This document shows, in pieces, positions 29,301 to 36,589 of a stretch of 62,933 nt of DNA; within the stretch, counting starts at the first letter, position 1; every line of letters begins with the position of its first letter. The position numbers and the translations under genes were made by a program. Below the pieces are notes generated by a model that was given only the letters and a program-made list of their open reading frames with translations, was not told where the DNA came from and made no database searches. The stretch comes from a virus (taxonomy: Duplodnaviria; Caudoviricetes): positions 1 through 62,933 of IMG/VR virus record IMGVR_UViG_3300032282_004841. One strand, 5' to 3'.

Positions 29301-32127
29301 GTAAACCCACATTGGTTAATCCCACTTCCTTAGACAGTTTACCTCTTTGTTGTTTTAAATATTTTAATTCTGCTGCATCTGCCTCTATTTCAGGCTGAGT
29401 TGCTGTGCTACTACGATTGGCGATTACTGCTTCTTGTGCTTTTATAGCATTGTCTATATCTTCATATCTTCGCATTATATCAGTTGCTATTCTAGAAGCC
29501 TCTGCAAGCTTTTGAGTTTCGCTTAAATTTGCTCTAAAAGCCTTGACCTCTTCAAGAATTATTGCTTCAAGAGAAGCTTGGGCTGCTGTAAGATCTGGAA
29601 AACCTTGTACAAATTCTTGTATCTTTTGAAATTTTGGAACTTGTACTTGTGTTTGAGAAGCAACAGTATAAGCTTCTTCGCCTATTGGATTTCCGCCAGC
29701 AGCAAGACCTACTCTACCTCCAGCAGCAAACTTAGCATGTTTGTTCATTCTTTCTAAATTTGCAGATCCTATAGATTTTGCAGAAGAAGGCGAAAATACA
29801 AACTCACCTGGCATTAACATGGCAGGAACTTTTCCGCCCTCAGCATATCCTTTTCTAGAAATACTGCTTAAATTTTCAGCGCCAAGTTTAGCAACAGAAG
29901 ATTTTCTAACTACAAAAGATCCTTCGTCTAGATCCATAGGAACACTATCCGTATTCCCAGTTCCTGGAATCATAAATCCGCCAGCTGCCTTTTTTGTTGC
30001 TAATCTATTTTTAGCTTCTTGAGTACTTAATGTTACATTGCTTATGCCTTCAGATGTTTCTGTTGCATATGTTTTTCTTCTGTAGTTTTCTTGTCCAGCA
30101 GTTATTGTTTCTGTATCTTTAAATGCATCATTGCCTGTTATTTTTGCAGTGTTATAAACAAGTCCTATTTGTCCTAAATCTATAGTCTCTTCTCCCTTGG
30201 AAGAGTTTTTAAAGATATTATCTCCAAACTTTTGAAATCTATATCTAGCTAACTTATCAACTATAGAAGCATCACTAACAGGACTAGCTACATTTTTTAC
30301 CTCGTAAGGGAAACCATTCTTTTCTAAATCTACAGGACTGTTAGATCCTCTATCATCTGATTTTGCTATTCGAATAGCTCCTAGTTGTTTTTCTGCTTCT
30401 TTTTCAAAAAACTCACCTTGCTTTTTATAGTCACCTTTTAAAGATTCTTTTCCTCCGTCAACTTTTATAGTAACTATTTCATATTTAAAATTATCATTTT
30501 TATTTATAGTTTTTCCTGTTTTATAATCCTCTTCTTTAATAAGAGGGTCATTTAATTTACGCTGAATTGCCAAAGAAGACATTTCGTTAACAGAAACAGT
30601 GCCACCACCAGCGTATTTTTTAGGTATTACTAATTCGCCTGGTTCTAACAATGCTTTAACTTTATCTCCACTCCCACTACCAGGAACCACACCACCGTTT
30701 TTCATTTTTATATAACCACCTTCGGCAACCCTATTTTGATTAAATATTTTAGGGTTTGGAGAAGCGGTAACACCAGTAGCAAAACCTTTAACAAACTGTC
30801 CAAAAGAAGTGGCTAGCTTTACAGCAGCAATAGCAGTTATTAAAGGAAGAAGAAATTTTAGAGCATCTGCTAGTTGAATAGCTGCACTTGCTCCAGAAAT
30901 AAAAGTATCAAAGATTTTTTGAAAGCCAGACGATTGAGTAACAGATCGTATAAGAGCATTAAACTCTTCTTTAATTTTTTGTATTTTTATAATGTAAGCA
31001 TTTTGTGCTTGGGCAGCATTAGCAGCCAAAGAAGAAGATCCGCCCAAAGCTACATTGAGCGCCCCTTGACTTACTGAGAATTCTTGCAAAAGAGGTATAA
31101 CTTTTGAGATCTGTCTATAACCACCAAGCTCTTCTACTATAGCTGAGTATTTTCCCGATGTAGTAGGAATGCCAGCCAACGCTTCTGACAATCTCCTTAC
31201 TGCCTCATAAGGGCCTACAAATTGATCTGCTAATTTTGTATTTCCTAAAGCAGTAGCTTCTTGTGATGTATATCTAAGATTTATACCTAACTCTTTAAGA
31301 GACTCTATGGTTTGCCCACGCTGTATTCTTGTAAATATAGTTCTCAACCCAGTACTAATTGTTTCGGCGCTCTCTCTAGTTGTCTGTCTTACAGATGTAA
31401 ATAACGCTAGCAATTCATTTAGATCACCACCAGCAGATTTAAAAGCACCACCAGTTTTTCTAATAACTTCAACTAAGTCAGATGCTTCAACTGCATACTC
31501 GCCAGCAACTGCATTTACGGAACCTAAAGCAGCTTCTAGTCCTGCTGCCCCAATCTTAAATTGGTTTAAAACCGCAATAGCACCTTGAGTTGTATTTGCA
31601 AAGTTTTCAAAGTTAGGAGCTAAAGCAGCTTTTGCTAATGCTTCAAGAGCTATTTTAGTATCATCGATTGATAAGTTAGCTTGTTTTAATGTTACAGCAG
31701 CGCCGATTAAATCCTTACTAGAAACGCCAAGAGCAACGGACAGTCTAGTTACTTCATTTCCAACCGCTTGTATAGATGCAACGCTATCATTTGAAACCTG
31801 TCCTAATCGAACCATTTCCCTATCAAAAGAAATAGCTTCGGCAGTAGACGATTTTATAGCACTTACTAAAGTAATCATTGAACCAGCAGCCAAACTAAAA
31901 GCACCAAACCTTTTTGCTGCTAAACCAGCTTGTCTACCAAAACTTTCTACAGAAGTAATAGCCCCTTCTATGTCCGCCTTTATTCTTTTTATTGAATCAG
32001 GATTAGCAAGAGAAAGGTCAACCGTCACTCTTTTGTTTTGAAGTGCTTTGTTGATATCTCTTGATATTTTTGTGGCTGCTCCAGATGCGAGAGCGACATT
32101 CATGATTGCGGTAATATTGAAAGCCAT
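20392..32127 (-). CDS. Tail tape measure protein (TP901-type core), 3911 aa, with inserted domains
   Basis: N-terminal PhageMin_Tail-like region (FDREMVRL, VAGEYAVEASDL, RESAETISTGLRTIFTRI), hydrophobic segments, long coiled coils; follows tube and chaperone genes. Confidence 0.92.
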   Translation of the reverse strand: MAFNITAIMNVALASGAATKISRDINKALQNKRVTVDLSLANPDSIKRIKADIEGAITSVESFGRQAGLAAKRFGAFSLAAGSMITLVSAIKSSTAEAISFDREMVRLGQVSNDSVASIQAVGNEVTRLSVALGVSSKDLIGAAVTLKQANLSIDDTKIALEALAKAALAPNFENFANTTQGAIAVLNQFKIGAAGLEAALGSVNAVAGEYAVEASDLVEVIRKTGGAFKSAGGDLNELLALFTSVRQTTRESAETISTGLRTIFTRIQRGQTIESLKELGINLRYTSQEATALGNTKLADQFVGPYEAVRRLSEALAGIPTTSGKYSAIVEELGGYRQISKVIPLLQEFSVSQGALNVALGGSSSLAANAAQAQNAYIIKIQKIKEEFNALIRSVTQSSGFQKIFDTFISGASAAIQLADALKFLLPLITAIAAVKLATSFGQFVKGFATGVTASPNPKIFNQNRVAEGGYIKMKNGGVVPGSGSGDKVKALLEPGELVIPKKYAGGGTVSVNEMSSLAIQRKLNDPLIKEEDYKTGKTINKNDNFKYEIVTIKVDGGKESLKGDYKKQGEFFEKEAEKQLGAIRIAKSDDRGSNSPVDLEKNGFPYEVKNVASPVSDASIVDKLARYRFQKFGDNIFKNSSKGEETIDLGQIGLVYNTAKITGNDAFKDTETITAGQENYRRKTYATETSEGISNVTLSTQEAKNRLATKKAAGGFMIPGTGNTDSVPMDLDEGSFVVRKSSVAKLGAENLSSISRKGYAEGGKVPAMLMPGEFVFSPSSAKSIGSANLERMNKHAKFAAGGRVGLAAGGNPIGEEAYTVASQTQVQVPKFQKIQEFVQGFPDLTAAQASLEAIILEEVKAFRANLSETQKLAEASRIATDIMRRYEDIDNAIKAQEAVIANRSSTATQPEIEADAAELKYLKQQRGKLSKEVGLTNVGLPTGDIQSRTKIGTGSTIEVGKGKDYDYAKNEKINISDEIRNRAREKAVKISPSGDGENIASVTKIRLAAEEESKLRKQLILAIGEQLRITTGITDQEVLAEMAVEKFTVAMQQNAKLAKDSEGKLLGLVSLEQDIVDSGKNVDQSMRGVSQELKVGSTAIGKLKLTIRSIEDTLVSAGNEFAEEMRRGGGGITGTFAALRNSRLGRIGAGVAGAGLAIGGQYIASTAGTAEDVDKGLVSANRNIYSSGVGEGINQAATTAIALSMIPVAGPFLAVIGGATAFLLGFGSAVKKAQLELLKLQVDKQAKSTSEKLVELKNFSGLEREQKGTAAFTDVRATVFDIRKTAASEGFSGAKLEEEVRAKSLEKFGSNLGAISEELSNAIANMVKPDDQRKSSDIFNEFKQTTYGQLAIESLGVASGKSAIEVQKHALTLASSAITAKKLEEAQKNLVIVHEKITLRINTLSNSVNLASESFKNISESMGNFSDKLEGRSEFKVQQNTSRLKIGTDSELFNKEADKVFISFGELGDSVKNQAKELNAFVLELPSAFDAAKEKNKDNLGGNLANLTEQNLKEKLKPQGGKFTSTQQDLFDLFKNVLETKETDIKKGGVTGDKITKEALGQTIAEYEGLLQSNSQALNQVTQSYISGLRRISEEQKKYIQEFDKISDKSLSVNKANAAIQARAVRGNPEDFLTKEQRIAPFVERQQNITAGKMEVGGIQDPKTIFDNIKKAAEALEESDKELQASNADLASSNVDAREKARGIAEKNDNLRNVVSSLGDALRNLRDETVTLAEAESRLTKAEKDRENKLSVTENLLTMDRAGKRNLRRGKEAAEQVAGGANLEDMSLKQRKAFFEYTKLYGNIKLPELGGKTGEQVRQVALERAAGGQGVPVGEENKKIDQALQDIKEITIKQKEAAELYAKLIKTENALQIDKLKGVNNDFIKELKNLLITEFNRGVTGQIGVDKIAQDNLKAIEKDPNFKNYTEIIGKGENKQNREKEFPKVFAQENLQNIADDNAKLKNYKEFLPFLQRAENKTNSRDALSTDLNEQKKGFATSFGGLSTPVLNDPKNRGSVFAARKDVEDKIKALELKIKVASGPFSPEQVGQFQPASTKDVENRQMPGGLNGIQRGDELVGLLLVAEKLRNANTSIDKLPKAIDLLTKAIEDLQKRLKKPEEKANGGFIGRSMGGSIYNNPTKDIAQRDKYPTLLSKGEFVMNEGAARNNRPELEAMNKGHKVGYFDVGGRLTQADIDKSRRETLEERARIANNRASMTGSSVKKQSVITQYSSYPYKDRDGIFNRKDFIDTFGEKNADYSNDAEDIAWEAFKKFESGTNQPIKFPRNFVSVSEGVNPISKEDIDLMMKPSSPKNIQDKKDLLLANIKKMEESKEYKEKKSKIKEKYNLTDLKMPEGFQFEGYEKHLNKIRPDRKNNKEGRSEVDDINDVKYTIADIRLEFERAVSDLAYVNAEGRKLSKNESMAQDIVGKLTYSKDTWKDISAPAASLKQITEDANKFDYEDEFFHHLKDITPRYPFSYGNEIDESVSNDIKGMGVYGLRDTWRKVGGSYGSAPNIISSTKNQGFEVSSAGQVGLGGLSEEGADHLINNLKINELRHRAGMGGFKLPSIDPLTGTEISGETNTNQQESDILIDLIKQAREQKNKALAQNIENIKKKVSAEIEAESSLEKGIPLKGVDAKLAKSNENLYARIKNPRLPDDKLPFPVQGFKGEFTPEAEAAPIARPTIAMQEAQAIKNVEMENQTALNRKNRIDEAGRLKEDLFSEAIRHTNPKDLQGKKLDYENVKAFGGKENDIKKMMAFKKAQVQSGDTDPIAQRLHTQIAKTIASHKKPEMDFNDPLVYSDFLKQVDISKLGDVKKLSSVSLKAYADENIPVLNPAIMALQEYYDSVNERRFGFNDTEDFARTIQNKNIELAAKMDREAAMLIARKVRGEVKKESPEIYTEPSKDMNRLMKLYKTYNQAVGIKWQGADDDLIHAGDPPNKRMIDQSMGKHDYQSKNKDYHNIYDQIDIIANDMDYIGKNLSYRNEFSIPVYEKVKRDQAVLESFIRDKIQKAPQGSKNIAVQDFLERNKKEKPAEAAKVIAEEKAKPVVAVPAEQAKPPVIPIPAEEAKPVALNFDPDTVIWPTKTGAFSGKKYLGDTPKGYNATSWWDISQRDIEMDFFGQYGNGTVTDKNGVENPGLMAAGKEKQVEDLKSIYQQIYDYRSKVSVSADKSIKDAAKRVNAEEPDLNSAFEYVETRTAFRKMVSNKIGYDIKLPDGWSRSGFPLGGKEALSIVPPKEFTHKPVRKQGNGGMGDFEWIPINASSGGPVAYRNGGGSIDTMLTPKEKVFSPRKVAQIESRSPGLLSHINSGGKVKHLSLGGQASFTVPDHAPNPKGIPSANTDTVYARLETGSFVVNAKSSTENASLLQHLASGGSVGYYADGGEIDFSKIQKLKTAMPNPNDMQKVQKALKKRKYQDPNEMQKLQTALPEMMTKKLSAVTDFQKRTETFSPEILKMFEAPEELQKVKSVAPKGYADGGAVGYYAAGDRVNEIANKLDTIKRKGQKKLGQRGEEFEKSAKGKIFSPNEIPKLLKDNKEIDKTYLTGMKHFKKGFNNTLDSDIAKEFMDKLKNQKIKGFSGPNEDFNNANYFGEIGKIFNQQDTFLRNQDVTNIQESLDQLNKDRGALGSSINGQVIRQKNKQQINDPLKQIKNPKATIKPMLNAGDFMKEYGTKDEDGSPVHTAITARAEYFNPNIKEKDYLDLRFKPKEGENPKLIEHTIADMIGRPRRFEQGGHVNGASDGDTIPAFLSAGEFVMPRHAVNRIGLGNLEKMRKPQRFYDGGAVGSPRASVFDKMNNVANSQSANSMDVDSLNNAAREFNKAAKSFETSMAKMEKSVNKLEGTMDKLSKVNIPDNITGNITVNNQATVTIDSPDFAKDITTAVGKAVSDITGRLNDVSEGKLDIRDIRNA

Positions 32128-32140
32128 AGACCTTCCTCAG

Positions 32141-32183
32141 AAAAAGAAAAGGAGCAATCTCTTATTTGAAAAAAGACTGCCCC
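32141..32183 (-). terminator. Rho-independent terminator-like hairpin just upstream of the TMP SD
   Basis: GGGGCAGTCTTTT-loop-AAGAGATTGCTCC (13 bp including G-U pairs) followed by TTTTCTTTTT. Confidence 0.7.
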
Positions 32184-32199
32184 CATTAGACTATCCTAC

Positions 32200-32213
32200 T
32201 TAATATTACACCA
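32200..32213 (-). promoter_or_regulatory. Putative phage late promoter motif, copy 2
   Basis: TGGTGTAATATTAA in the intergenic gap before TMP. Confidence 0.5.
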
Positions 32214-32217
32214 ATTA

Positions 32218-33024
32218 CTACTCGACAATAGGCTTGCCTGTATCGTCTAAGAATGGAGTAAAATCTACAATGTAATTACCTTCTTCGTCTACCTTATTGC
32301 CATCCATATCAATGAATTCGCCCTGTTCATTAATATAACGACCTTCAGCATTAAGAAGACGGCCCTCAGAGTCAATCCTTCGACCTTGAGCATCAATTAG
32401 ATTTAACTTGTCATCAATAAATTTGTATTTTTTTAGAAATTCATTTTCTGGCAATTTATCTTCATAGTCTTGGTTAATGCCGTAAAGCATCATAGCCAAG
32501 TTAGAAGCTGCTGGCCCAATTGCTGGATCAACATCTTTTGCAAGAAATTCCTCATGGGATTTGAAGTAGGACTTGCCAGTGTCATTATACAAAGTACAGC
32601 TAGACACAAAGAAGTTAAACTGGGCATTATCGGCTTGGCCCTCAGCGGTATTATTATCCAAACCAATCCGGTCTGAATTTAAATTCCTGAGTTCCGCCCT
32701 GTACTTCTTCATCTGAAGAGCTACTTCTTTAGCTTCTGTCAGTTTAATACCACCAGATTTGATCTTCCGTTCAGCTTCAGAGAGCTTGTCTTGAATTTCA
32801 CGAAGTTGTTTCTGTTTGTTGTCATCCCAAAGCTTTTGATCACGCATAACGCTTTCAACTTTGGCACGAAGAATACCACCAGATTCGACTGCATCACGAA
32901 AGGCTTTATTATAAACCTTCTGTCCTTCTTGCTTTTGCTTTACAGTAGGTCGTTGAACTGCGAGTTCAATTTCCTTATCGTCAAGCTTTACCTTAAAAAC
33001 CCTTTTGTTATCAGGCGCACTCAT
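32218..33024 (-). CDS. Putative tail assembly chaperone with C-terminal 7-aa [DN]xxG repeats
   Basis: Immediately upstream of TMP; charged/helical; LIDAQGRRIDSEGRLLNAEGRYINEQGEFIDMDGNKVDEEGNY. Confidence 0.6.
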   Translation of the reverse strand: MSAPDNKRVFKVKLDDKEIELAVQRPTVKQKQEGQKVYNKAFRDAVESGGILRAKVESVMRDQKLWDDNKQKQLREIQDKLSEAERKIKSGGIKLTEAKEVALQMKKYRAELRNLNSDRIGLDNNTAEGQADNAQFNFFVSSCTLYNDTGKSYFKSHEEFLAKDVDPAIGPAASNLAMMLYGINQDYEDKLPENEFLKKYKFIDDKLNLIDAQGRRIDSEGRLLNAEGRYINEQGEFIDMDGNKVDEEGNYIVDFTPFLDDTGKPIVE

Positions 33025-33026
33025 AA

Positions 33027-33392
33027 CTATCCTCCTATAGAATAATTTCTAACATGACCGTTCCAAGAAACCGAATATTGATCTATCTCAGATTCTACAG
33101 ACCTTAGCTGATTATTTCCATTATTAAGTATTTCAGATCTGCATTTTTCCCAAACATTTTTCCAATATTGCTTTTCTTTTATATCGTAATCGTCATCACT
33201 TGGGTTTATTTTCCACAGTTCTTCAAAAGATAACTCTACGGCAGAGAGAGCGCCTATAAAAGAAGTCTTCATTTTAGTTTTAATTACTTTTTGTAGTTTG
33301 TCTTTTGATAGTAAATCGTGCTTTTCTAATAGTCTTTTTTCGTCTTCTCTATTTATTTTAGAAGCTCTTTCAAAGTTCTCATGAATTCCCAT
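33027..33392 (-). CDS. Hypothetical helical protein (tail chaperone region)
   Basis: 121 aa, SD GAGGA, located between tube and TMP. Confidence 0.65.
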   Translation of the reverse strand: MGIHENFERASKINREDEKRLLEKHDLLSKDKLQKVIKTKMKTSFIGALSAVELSFEELWKINPSDDDYDIKEKQYWKNVWEKCRSEILNNGNNQLRSVESEIDQYSVSWNGHVRNYSIGG

Positions 33393-33401
33393 GTCATCCT
33401 C

Positions 33402-34427
33402 CTACATAGAGTTCTTTTTCATCTGTATGTCACGCTTTACATCGGAAAAATCTAGATCGCTAACTTCGCCCTTTTCCTGTATGATTTTCTGTCTAGATCG
33501 TTTGATAGCCTGAACTTCTGGACTATTCATGGATTCTACCATGTCCTTCTCTTTTTGTGAATGGGCTACTACGAAAATTTCAGAAGAATTCTTAACTTTA
33601 TCTGATAATTTAGAATCTATAGTGTTTTGATTCTTTTTAGTTTCCGATTCTTCTCGCTGAGAAATCATCCACCCATCTAAAGCATCGTCATCATTTATAA
33701 TATCATCAGGGGGGCATTCCATGTGTTCTGCTATGTTTTCATATAACTGACTCCATGTTATCAATGATCTTCTTTCATCGTCTAAATCAACGACAGGAAC
33801 GCCAAAGATAGAACCCTCTGACTTTTTAGCAGACCAAAAGCTTCTCCAGTTATTGTTTTTAGACAACTGTCTTATTTTTTCATCATTCATCTTGTTTTGA
33901 TTATAAAAGACAACAGCCTCATCAAGAAGAGAACTTCTATTCTTCCAAAAGGCCGAATCGTTAAATACCTTATCCCCATTCTCGTAATGTAGACTTGAGC
34001 CAATTAAATACTTGGCCTTAGTTGTATAGGCATACCCACTTGCTGTTAGATATGAATAGGCATACTTCTCTGAGTTTAGATCATTTCTCTCTGACTTAGC
34101 GACTTCTATGACCTTCCTTATTGCTAAACTTTCTTTGTCTTTAAAAAAGTTTTTAAATAGACTTACTTTTAATTTTTCTATTTCTTTAGATATTTTATTG
34201 AGCCGTTCTTCTTTTTCGTCATTCCATATACCATGATCTACCATCATGTCATTTATTTCTGTATCTTTATAAAATCCCTCTACTGAAGCTTCTAGTAGGG
34301 CCTCGTTATATATTTCTTCTGCTACATACCTTTGATATCTATCTGGATGCTTTATTAGATATGTCTTATCTTTGTACTTAAACCTTATTAGTCCAGCTAT
34401 TATTCTAGCTATTAATAAATCTTCCAA
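33402..34427 (-). CDS. Putative tail assembly chaperone
   Basis: TTG start with SD AAGGAG; directly downstream of tail tube; acidic motif ECPPDDIINDDDALDGW. Confidence 0.55.
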   Translation of the reverse strand: MEDLLIARIIAGLIRFKYKDKTYLIKHPDRYQRYVAEEIYNEALLEASVEGFYKDTEINDMMVDHGIWNDEKEERLNKISKEIEKLKVSLFKNFFKDKESLAIRKVIEVAKSERNDLNSEKYAYSYLTASGYAYTTKAKYLIGSSLHYENGDKVFNDSAFWKNRSSLLDEAVVFYNQNKMNDEKIRQLSKNNNWRSFWSAKKSEGSIFGVPVVDLDDERRSLITWSQLYENIAEHMECPPDDIINDDDALDGWMISQREESETKKNQNTIDSKLSDKVKNSSEIFVVAHSQKEKDMVESMNSPEVQAIKRSRQKIIQEKGEVSDLDFSDVKRDIQMKKNSM

Positions 34428-34438
34428 AGACGCTCCTT

Positions 34439-34476
34439 AAATAAAAAATACCAAGGAGAAAAATCCCCTTGGCATT
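34439..34476 (-). terminator. Rho-independent terminator after tail tube gene
   Basis: ATGCCAAGGGGA-TTTT-TCTCCTTGGTAT followed by TTTTTATTT. Confidence 0.75.
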
Positions 34477-34508
34477 ATTATAAGTTTTTAAACTTAATTT
34501 ATCAACTA

Positions 34509-35564
34509 TTAACCTGGGTCATTAGGATGAGTAACATCAAAGTCATTATAAGTTCTGTAGCTATAAGTGACTGTTCCGTTACCACCATCAGCACCACCGC
34601 CAGCGTTATTTACAGAAGTCAGCTTGCAACTAGTACCAAGATCAATAGAAAGACCTTCTTCAAATACTAGTTTGATAGCCTGATCGCTAACATTATCAGT
34701 TAGTTCGTCAGCTTCTACTAAATCGCCAACCTTGTTCATTACTTCAAATTCAGCACTAACTTCAACTGGGAATTTGACATAACGGAAGTAAGGAGCTTTT
34801 CGGCCCAATTCAAGCATCTGTTCACGACCAAGATTAGCGCTAACGCTAACTGATTGAACACTAGCCCTGAAACAACCAAGAGTATCATCAAGTACATTTA
34901 CGCCAGAGGCATTAATACCAGGAATACCGCCCTTTTTAGTGCTTCCGTCATTACAAGGTAACAAGCTAGAAGCAAAAATAATGTGCTGTCTGCGATTAAC
35001 ACCAGATGGGTTGTTGTCGGTAGCTTTTTCAGAAGCAGCAATACCTTCGCCATCAGCAGAACCTTGAGTATATCCAGCGAAATAATCAGCATCGCCAGAA
35101 GTTACTCTCTGCCATTTCTTGTTATTAGCAACCATAGTTACGCTTTCTGTAGCGTTGCCTTCAGTAGCCAATTTATAAGAAATCTGACTAACAAAAGCGC
35201 CAGAAACGACAACTTCTGAGAGAGGACTACCGCTAGCAAGAGCTTGATTGTCATTATAAAATTGCATTGCGACTGAACACTTTGCATTAGACCTACCAAC
35301 CAAACTTGTATCTACCCTACCTTGAGTGGCAAGAGTATAGATAGGAGCAGTTCCGTCAAGAACACGCTCAATGGTGATTTCAACATCTGGAACATTTTCA
35401 ACAATCTGATAAAGAGAAAGTTGACCAAGTTCAAATACATTTTCAAGATTGAAAGTAGTATTCATACCAACGGTTTGAACACCGTGTACAAAAGTAAAAG
35501 CGGAGGTTGCATCAGCTGCAATACTCAGTGCTTCTACAGCATAAAACATTCTTCGATTTGCCAT
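34509..35564 (-). CDS. Major tail tube protein
   Basis: GVQTVGMNTTFNLENVFELGQ and VQSVSVSANLGREQMLELGRKAPY (two tube-like half-domains); strong SD; own promoter motif and terminator; canonical position. Confidence 0.75.
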   Translation of the reverse strand: MANRRMFYAVEALSIAADATSAFTFVHGVQTVGMNTTFNLENVFELGQLSLYQIVENVPDVEITIERVLDGTAPIYTLATQGRVDTSLVGRSNAKCSVAMQFYNDNQALASGSPLSEVVVSGAFVSQISYKLATEGNATESVTMVANNKKWQRVTSGDADYFAGYTQGSADGEGIAASEKATDNNPSGVNRRQHIIFASSLLPCNDGSTKKGGIPGINASGVNVLDDTLGCFRASVQSVSVSANLGREQMLELGRKAPYFRYVKFPVEVSAEFEVMNKVGDLVEADELTDNVSDQAIKLVFEEGLSIDLGTSCKLTSVNNAGGGADGGNGTVTYSYRTYNDFDVTHPNDPG

Positions 35565-35601
35565 TATTATTCTCCTATTGACAATTCAGGTAACTACCTA
35601 T

Positions 35602-35615
35602 TAAAACTTACACCA
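35602..35615 (-). promoter_or_regulatory. Putative phage late promoter motif, copy 3
   Basis: TGGTGTAAGTTTTA, ~50 nt upstream of tail tube ATG. Confidence 0.5.
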
Positions 35616-35626
35616 AAAAAGATTTT

Positions 35627-36589
35627 TTAAGGCAAATCACTTTCACATGTTAGCCTTATTTCACAACCATACAATGGATTTGGAACTTCTATTTCTCTAG
35701 ACTTAAGATTTTCAAACCTTATTTGTTGCCAAGCATAGTTTCCATTAACCATTTGCGGGTATTGTATTCCACTGGCAGATACAGATCCATCATAGTTTAA
35801 GGGGTATTTCCTGTCTTCTGTTAGTTTCCTTCTGTCAACTCCCATTATTCTTTTCTGCCATTGATAAGCCACAATATCATGTATTTGATTTCTGTCGTAA
35901 GATGTTTCTGCTAATATAGTTATGACTACTTCTTGTTGATGTTTTCTGCTTAAATTACCAAGTTCTAGAGGGTAAAAATTTACTTTTGGTATAGCCTCTA
36001 TGATCATGGCTGGTAATTGAATTCTGTTCTTAGATAGTACATCCCAAGTTCCAGATGCACTTTGCATAAAATGAGGGTCAGCAGAGTTATAACTATTGAT
36101 AATCAACTGGTTAAACCAAGACTGAGAGCCGTTAATAATCTTTACACTTCTATTGGAATATTCACATTGAACTTTACTTCCAGAAGCTATTGGCGAATTA
36201 AATACTATTTTTCCTTCTGGATAAGAAATTACATAGCCAGAAGGTCCAGTTTGCTCTTTAGGAATAAAGTTGTTATTTACATAAACACCGCTTATTGAAA
36301 TAGGCTGGTTTGGATATTCAACGCCTGTTTCCCAAACCCAATCAGATCTCGCCCCTTCCCATACCCTTCCAGATACATATCTTGGATCTCTAACAAGTCT
36401 TAGTCTTGAAGGATCTGCTGAGTGAGAAGCTATTCCGCTAGGAGCGTTATTTATTCTAACATTAGAAAAAGCCCCAATTCCAAGCATGGCCCATTGACTG
36501 AACAATAGAAGAGAAGTTTCAAAATTTTCAGAAGCTAAAGGTTGTCCGTAATGATCAACCCCATTAAATTTTGTAATCGCTGTTGTCAT
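35627..36589 (-). CDS. Putative tail terminator/completion protein
   Basis: Immediately upstream of tube; IQLPAMIIE...ITILAETSYDRNQI.D pattern. Confidence 0.55.
   Translation of the reverse strand: MTTAITKFNGVDHYGQPLASENFETSLLLFSQWAMLGIGAFSNVRINNAPSGIASHSADPSRLRLVRDPRYVSGRVWEGARSDWVWETGVEYPNQPISISGVYVNNNFIPKEQTGPSGYVISYPEGKIVFNSPIASGSKVQCEYSNRSVKIINGSQSWFNQLIINSYNSADPHFMQSASGTWDVLSKNRIQLPAMIIEAIPKVNFYPLELGNLSRKHQQEVVITILAETSYDRNQIHDIVAYQWQKRIMGVDRRKLTEDRKYPLNYDGSVSASGIQYPQMVNGNYAWQQIRFENLKSREIEVPNPLYGCEIRLTCESDLP

Noticed and set aside
20719-31588. Numerous + strand ORFs antisense to the TMP (e.g. 26729-27385)
   Set aside because: Shadow ORFs arising from codon bias of the long sense gene; Ser/Leu/Phe-rich with no SD
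32218-34427. Programmed -1 frameshift in tail chaperone genes
   Set aside because: Each of the three ORFs has its own SD and start, and no slippery heptamer was seen at their ends
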